Positions 60,132-64,000 of a stretch of 64,000 nucleotides of DNA are shown piece after piece. Every line of letters begins with the position of its first letter. Position 1 is the stretch's first letter. The stretch is from contig QHBY01000446.1 of NCBI GenBank assembly GCA_003244245.1, positions 4,946-68,945 of the forward strand, given 5' to 3'. The DNA is from Pseudonocardiales bacterium (GTDB lineage Bacteria; Actinomycetota; Actinomycetes; Mycobacteriales; Pseudonocardiaceae). Under the pieces are notes generated by a model, which saw only the letters and a list, made by a program, of their open reading frames with translations, was not told the origin of the DNA and did no database searches. The position numbers and the translations under genes are program-made.

Positions 60132-60820
60132 ATGGACGCTGGTGCCATGACGATGACCGAACACGGCGCGGTCCGGCTGACCGGCCTGCGCAAGAGATAC
60201 GGGCCGGTGCAGGCGGTGGACGGGGTGGACCTGCTCGTCGCGCCCGGCGAGGTGGTGGCGCTGCTCGGACCCACGGCGCGGGCAAGTCCACCACGGTGGA
60301 CATTCTGCTGGGGCTCACCCGCCCGGACGAGGGCGAGGCGCACATCTTCGGCCGGTCGCCGCGGGATGCGGTGGCGGCCGGCGAGGTCGGCGCGATGCTG
60401 CAGGACGGCGCGCTCCTTGAAGACGCGACGGTGGGGGAGACCGTCGGGCTGGTGGCCGCGCTGCATCGCAGCCCGCTGCCGGTCGCCCTGGCGTTGCGCC
60501 GAGCGGGTGTCGCTGAGCTGGCCGGGCGCCGCTGCAACAAGCTCTCTGGGGGGCAGCAGCAGCGGGTCCACTTCGCCGTCGCGATCGTCAGCGACCCGGA
60601 TCTGCTGGTGCTCGACGAGCCGACGGTAGGCATGGACGTGGCGATTCGCCGCTCCTTCTGGCACTCGATGCGGGAGTTCTCCGACGCCAGGCGCACGGTG
60701 CTGTTCGCCACCCACTACCTGGAGGAGGCGCAGGAATTCGCCGACCGGGTGGTGCTGATGCGCTCGGGACGGATCACCGCGGATGGCTCGGTGGCCGAGG
60801 TCCGGGCCACCGTCGGGTGA
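60132..60820 (+). pseudogene. ABC transporter ATP-binding protein, frameshift in Walker A and truncated 3' end
   Basis: ..VRLTGLRKRYGPVQAVDGVDLLVAPGEVVALLGP | (frame change) GAGKSTTVDILLGL..LSGGQQQRV..LLVLDEPTVGMD.. The Walker A GPNGAGKST is broken at ..ggacccacggcg.. and the protein ends abruptly at ..EVRATVG. Confidence 0.75.
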
Positions 60821-61153
60821 GCTGGCCAGCGCGCGCGCCGTGCTGGCCGCCGCCGGCATCACCGCGGACCTGCCCCATGCGGTCGACGACCTTGCGCCGC
60901 AGTACCACGAGCCGTTCGCCTACGTGCTACGCGAGGCGATCACCAACGTGGTGCGGCACAGCGACGCCGGGCGCTGTGAGGTGCGGTTGGGGGGCCGTCC
61001 TGGCTGGAGGTCCGCGACGATGGCAGCGGCGGGTCGGCTGATGGTTGCGGCCACGGCCTGTCCGGGTTGCGCGAGCGGCTGGCACCGCTGGGCGGCACGC
61101 TGGAGGCAGACCGGTTGCCCGGCGGTGGGTTCCGGTTGCGGGCCAGCGCATGA
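60819..61153 (+). pseudogene. C-terminal HATPase remnant of a HisKA_3 (DesK/NarX-type) sensor kinase
   Basis: N-box ..LREAITNVVRHSDA.., then after a frameshift near the G6 run (~60994) ..LEVRDDGSGG..GHGLSGLRERLAPLGGTLEA..GGGFRLRASA-stop, overlapping the regulator ATG (ATGA). No sensor, TM or His-phosphotransfer part. It starts right at the ABC gene stop. Confidence 0.65.
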
Positions 61154-61776
61154 TCAGAGTTCTGGTGGCCGACGACCAGGCGCTGGTCCGGGGAGCGTTG
61201 GCCGCCATGCTTGGGCTGGAATCCGATATCGCGGTCGTCGCCGAGGTCGGCAGCGGCGACGACGTGCTCCCGGTCGCCCGCCGCACCCGTCCCGACGTCG
61301 CCCTGATCGACGTGCAGATGCCTGGAGCCGACGGCCTGACGGCCGCCGCGGCGCTGCATGCCGAGCTGCCGAGTTGTCGGGTGCTCATCTGCACCACGTT
61401 CGGCCGCCCCGGGTACCAGGCCCGCGCGATGGCCGCTGGAGCGGCCGGGTTCATCGTCAAGGACGCCCCACCAGAACAGCTGGTGGACGCGGTGCGCCGG
61501 GTGCACGCGGGGCTGCGGGTGGTGGACCCGACTCTGGCCGCGGAGTCGCTGACCAGCGGCAGCAGCCCCCTGACCGGCCGCGAGCACGAGGTACTCGTCG
61601 CCGCCGCCGACGGCGGTACCGTCGCCGATCTGTCCCGGCGACTGCACCTGTCCGCGGGCACCGTGCGCAATCACCTTTCCGCGGCGATCGGCAAGACCGG
61701 GGCCCGCACCCGCGCCGAAGCGGTGCGCGTCGCTGAGGACCGTGGCTGGGCACTTGTCGGTCATCGCGGCGGCTAG
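61150..61776 (+). CDS. NarL/LuxR-family response regulator
   Basis: MIRVLVADDQALVRGAL..DVALIDVQMPGADG.. is the receiver domain. ..LTGREHEVLVAAADGGTVADLSRRLHLSAGTVRNHLSAAIGKTG.. is the LuxR HTH. Confidence 0.85.
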   Translation: MIRVLVADDQALVRGALAAMLGLESDIAVVAEVGSGDDVLPVARRTRPDVALIDVQMPGADGLTAAAALHAELPSCRVLICTTFGRPGYQARAMAAGAAGFIVKDAPPEQLVDAVRRVHAGLRVVDPTLAAESLTSGSSPLTGREHEVLVAAADGGTVADLSRRLHLSAGTVRNHLSAAIGKTGARTRAEAVRVAEDRGWALVGHRGG

Positions 61777-61953
61777 CCGCAGCGCATCGCTGAGACCGTC
61801 GCGCCAGGTGGAGTAATGGCGCAGCCGGCAGCCGCCGACGGCCGGGCCCAGCGCCGTCGAATGCACGGCGACGATGATCGTGATATTCGTGCGGCCGCCG
61901 CGGATTATCCTGATCTGTTCGTGCTCAAGAGTCGTACTCAAGAGGCTGCTCAA
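61759..61953 (-). pseudogene. N-terminal ~65-codon remnant of a Leu/Val (Glu/Leu/Phe/Val family) dehydrogenase
   Basis: ..LEHEQIRIIRGGRTNITIIVAVHSTALGPAVGGCRLRHYSTWRDGLSDALRLAAAMT.K.. matches the conserved N-terminus of valine/leucine dehydrogenases. Similarity is lost where it meets the 3' end of the response-regulator gene. Confidence 0.55.
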
Positions 61954-63344
61954 GCGACATTGATCCGGGCGAGCTTCCGGCCGACCTTCAGGTAGCAGTC
62001 TCCAAATCGTCCATTGACCTTGTTTTTTAGCACCGCCGCGAGCGGTTCCCGTGCCTCGTCGGCGGTCAACGTGATCTGGTTCTGACCGGTGTCGGACTCG
62101 ACGACGATGCGCAGGCCGTTCTGTTCGGCGACGCGGCGAACATCGCCGTTACTCCTGGCGAACCCCAATGCCTTGACGATGTCGATGACGGTCTGGCCAA
62201 GATCGTCGATCGAGGGAAGGTCTTCGACGTCGGCGAAGGTGCGCTTGGAGAAGCGGGCGACGAACTCGTCGCGCGCCTTCATGGCTGCGTCCACGCCATG
62301 GATCGCGGCCGTGACCTCGCCCGCCAGGATCTTCTTCAGGTCCATCGGATGCAGCGACCCGGCCGCCAGCCGCCCGCTGGTGACGGCGAGTTCGGCATCA
62401 CGCCACTCGCTCAGCGCCCGGAAGTACGGTTCGACCACTCGGTCGGGAACCGACATGATCTTGCCGAAGATCTCACCCGCGGGGGCGGTCAGAGGAACGT
62501 AGTTGCCCTTGGACTTCGACATCTTGGCCCCAGTCCCGTCGGTGCCCTCGATGAGCGAGGTCGCGACCAGCAGTTCCGGGGTTTGCCCGCAGATGTCCAT
62601 GACCTTGCGGCACATCTGCATGTTGAGGAACTGGTCGATCCCACCGACCTCCAAGTCGGTGTTGATCTCGACTGAGTCCAGCGCCATCACGACCGAGTAC
62701 AGCAACTCCGCCAGTGACAGGCCTTGACCGGTGTCCAACCGCTTGCGGAAGTCCTCGCGTTGCAGCGGCATCGAGACCGGGATCTGGGCGGTGATCTCGA
62801 TCAGCCGGGGCAGCTTGATCTCACGCAGCCAGTCGCCGTTGTGCCGGAACTGGGCTCGGGCGAAGTCGAAGAACGGGGTGACCTGCTGACGGTAGGTGGT
62901 GAGGTTGCGGGCGATGTCGGCGTCGGTGAGGGCGGGACGTTCGTCGGAGCGACCGGACGGGTCACCGATCTTTGCCGTGACGTCACCGACGATGAACACC
63001 ACCTGATGGTCCATGCGCTGAAACCGACTCAGGATGAGCATCGGCACCGCGTGCCCGAGGTGGACCTCGTGGCCGGTGGGGTCGATGCCGAACTTCGCGA
63101 CGAACGGCCGCGGCTTCTTCTGAGCGTCCACGATCCGCTGCGCCAGCGCATCGGCTGACGGCTGAAGCTCCTGGGAGCGTTCGGCGATCAACGTGGCCTG
63201 CTCGGTCGGGGACAGGTCCGACAGGTCCAGGCCGCGCCGCTGCGTGGTCAACTCCAGCAGCTCCCGCACGGCGGCGTCGGCCGCGAGGTCCTCGCCCCTC
63301 AGCAGGGCGGTGAGGCGGTCGACGGATTGGCTGAGTCGGGTCAT
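61950..63344 (-). CDS. tyrS: tyrosine--tRNA ligase, type 2 (Thermus-like) with ~70-aa N-terminal helical extension and C-terminal S4-like domain
   Basis: HIGH motif ..GIDPTGHEVHLGHAVPMLILSRFQRMDHQVVFIVGDVTAKIGDPSGRSDERPAL.., KMSKS present, ..GIDQFLN... Colinear with my recollection of T. thermophilus TyrRS rather than the mycobacterial type-1 enzyme. Confidence 0.8.
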   Translation of the reverse strand: MTRLSQSVDRLTALLRGEDLAADAAVRELLELTTQRRGLDLSDLSPTEQATLIAERSQELQPSADALAQRIVDAQKKPRPFVAKFGIDPTGHEVHLGHAVPMLILSRFQRMDHQVVFIVGDVTAKIGDPSGRSDERPALTDADIARNLTTYRQQVTPFFDFARAQFRHNGDWLREIKLPRLIEITAQIPVSMPLQREDFRKRLDTGQGLSLAELLYSVVMALDSVEINTDLEVGGIDQFLNMQMCRKVMDICGQTPELLVATSLIEGTDGTGAKMSKSKGNYVPLTAPAGEIFGKIMSVPDRVVEPYFRALSEWRDAELAVTSGRLAAGSLHPMDLKKILAGEVTAAIHGVDAAMKARDEFVARFSKRTFADVEDLPSIDDLGQTVIDIVKALGFARSNGDVRRVAEQNGLRIVVESDTGQNQITLTADEAREPLAAVLKNKVNGRFGDCYLKVGRKLARINVA

Positions 63345-63453
63345 GGAAGCTCTCCTGTTCTCGACTCCGCCGGCATGTCGGTGCCCGATTCAGGGCCCGG
63401 TATTCAGGCTATCTTGGCGCGGTGTCCAACCGTAGTCGGCGCGGCGCAGCGAT

Positions 63454-63475
63454 CGGTTGGTAGGCCGGTTGGTAG
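63454..63475. promoter_or_regulatory. tandem direct repeat CGGTTGGTAG x2 in a divergent promoter region
   Basis: CGGTTGGTAG-GC-CGGTTGGTAG lies between tyrS (start 63344, minus) and the MFS gene (start ~63481, plus). Confidence 0.3.
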
Positions 63476-63480
63476 AGGCA

Positions 63481-64000
63481 GTGTCGAGGGCTCGGGCACG
63501 GGTGTCGGTCACCGGGACTTTCTTTCTGCACGGTGCCGTGTTCAGCTCCTGGTACGCGCGGCTGCCGGCGATCCAGGAGCGGCTTGAGCTCTCGCCGGGG
63601 CAGTTGGGGATCGCCCTGTTCGGTGCCCCGGCCGGCCTGCTCGTGGCCCAGCCGGCGATCGGGGCGCTGGCGGCCCGGATCGGGTCGCGGCCCATCGTGG
63701 CTGCCGCCCCGCTCTACCTCGGGGCGGTGGTCCTGCCAGCGCTCGCGGTCGACACCGTCACACTGCTCCTGGCTCTGGTGATGGTGGGCGCGGCGAGCGG
63801 AGTCCTCGACATCGCGATGAACGCCCAGGGCCTTGCCGTCGAGCGGGCATCTGGGGGGCATCTGTTCAGCTCGCTGCACGCTGCGTTCTCCTTCGGCGCG
63901 CTCGCCGGCGCGGGCGTCGCGGCCGCGGCTGCCGGCGTCGGGGCGCTGCCATTCCTGGCGGCGACCGCCCTGGTGGGTGCGGTGGGAGTCGCGGCGCTCG
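63481..64000 (+). CDS. MFS transporter, N-terminal part (3' end outside window)
   Basis: Not in the ORF track because it is open at the window end. The frame from GTG 63481 reads VSRARARVSVTGTFFLHGAVFSSWYARLPAIQERLELSPGQLGIALFGAPAGLLVAQPAIGALAARIGSRP..LLLALVMVGAASGVLDIAMNAQG.., typical of MFS TM1-TM4. Confidence 0.7.
   Translation, partial: MSRARARVSVTGTFFLHGAVFSSWYARLPAIQERLELSPGQLGIALFGAPAGLLVAQPAIGALAARIGSRPIVAAAPLYLGAVVLPALAVDTVTLLLALVMVGAASGVLDIAMNAQGLAVERASGGHLFSSLHAAFSFGALAGAGVAAAAAGVGALPFLAATALVGAVGVAAL

Noticed and set aside
63345-63480. Looked for a T-box leader upstream of tyrS, and also upstream of trpS (27214..27235).
   Set aside because: No T-box sequence or specifier-loop architecture is recognisable. 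The trpS leader is only ~20 nt.

Overview
Very GC-rich actinobacterial chromosome segment; third codon positions are almost always G/C (judged by eye, not computed). Gene order matches conserved Mycobacteriales/Pseudonocardiales core blocks, corresponding to the M. tuberculosis neighbourhoods Rv3279c-Rv3285, Rv3305c-Rv3315c and Rv3330-Rv3370c. About 50 genes look intact. They include purine catabolism (XDH-type Mo subunit, allantoinase-allantoicase), menG, purN-purH, the SOS mutasome (imuA'-imuB and dnaE2), a pentapeptide-repeat protein, folD, mdh, icd, trpS, cinA, dacB, cdd, punA, a Ser/Thr kinase, an acyl-CoA mutase large subunit, glpD, accA3/accD5/accE5, birA, maf, sufE, a vapBC pair and a Thermus-type tyrS. 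At least a dozen decayed genes are interleaved with them, carrying frameshifts, internal deletions or an in-frame stop. I saw no rRNA, tRNA or CRISPR array. Six observations deserve a second look. (1) A perfect LexA box is fused to an extended -10 and to the ATG of a DUF222/HNH nuclease gene that ends 9 nt before dnaE2. (2) A ~60 bp nested-palindrome repeat occurs three times, each just after or across a stop codon. (3) An orphan Gly/Asn-rich 86-aa ORF with a strong RBS and a canonical terminator sits in a lower-GC island. (4) A decayed TIGR04222-DUF692-partner cassette plus vapBC is inserted in the acc/maf/sufE block. (5) glpK is split at a C8/G8 homopolymer. (6) The overall pseudogene load is high. 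All family assignments come from reading the translations and recalling motifs; no database search was run.
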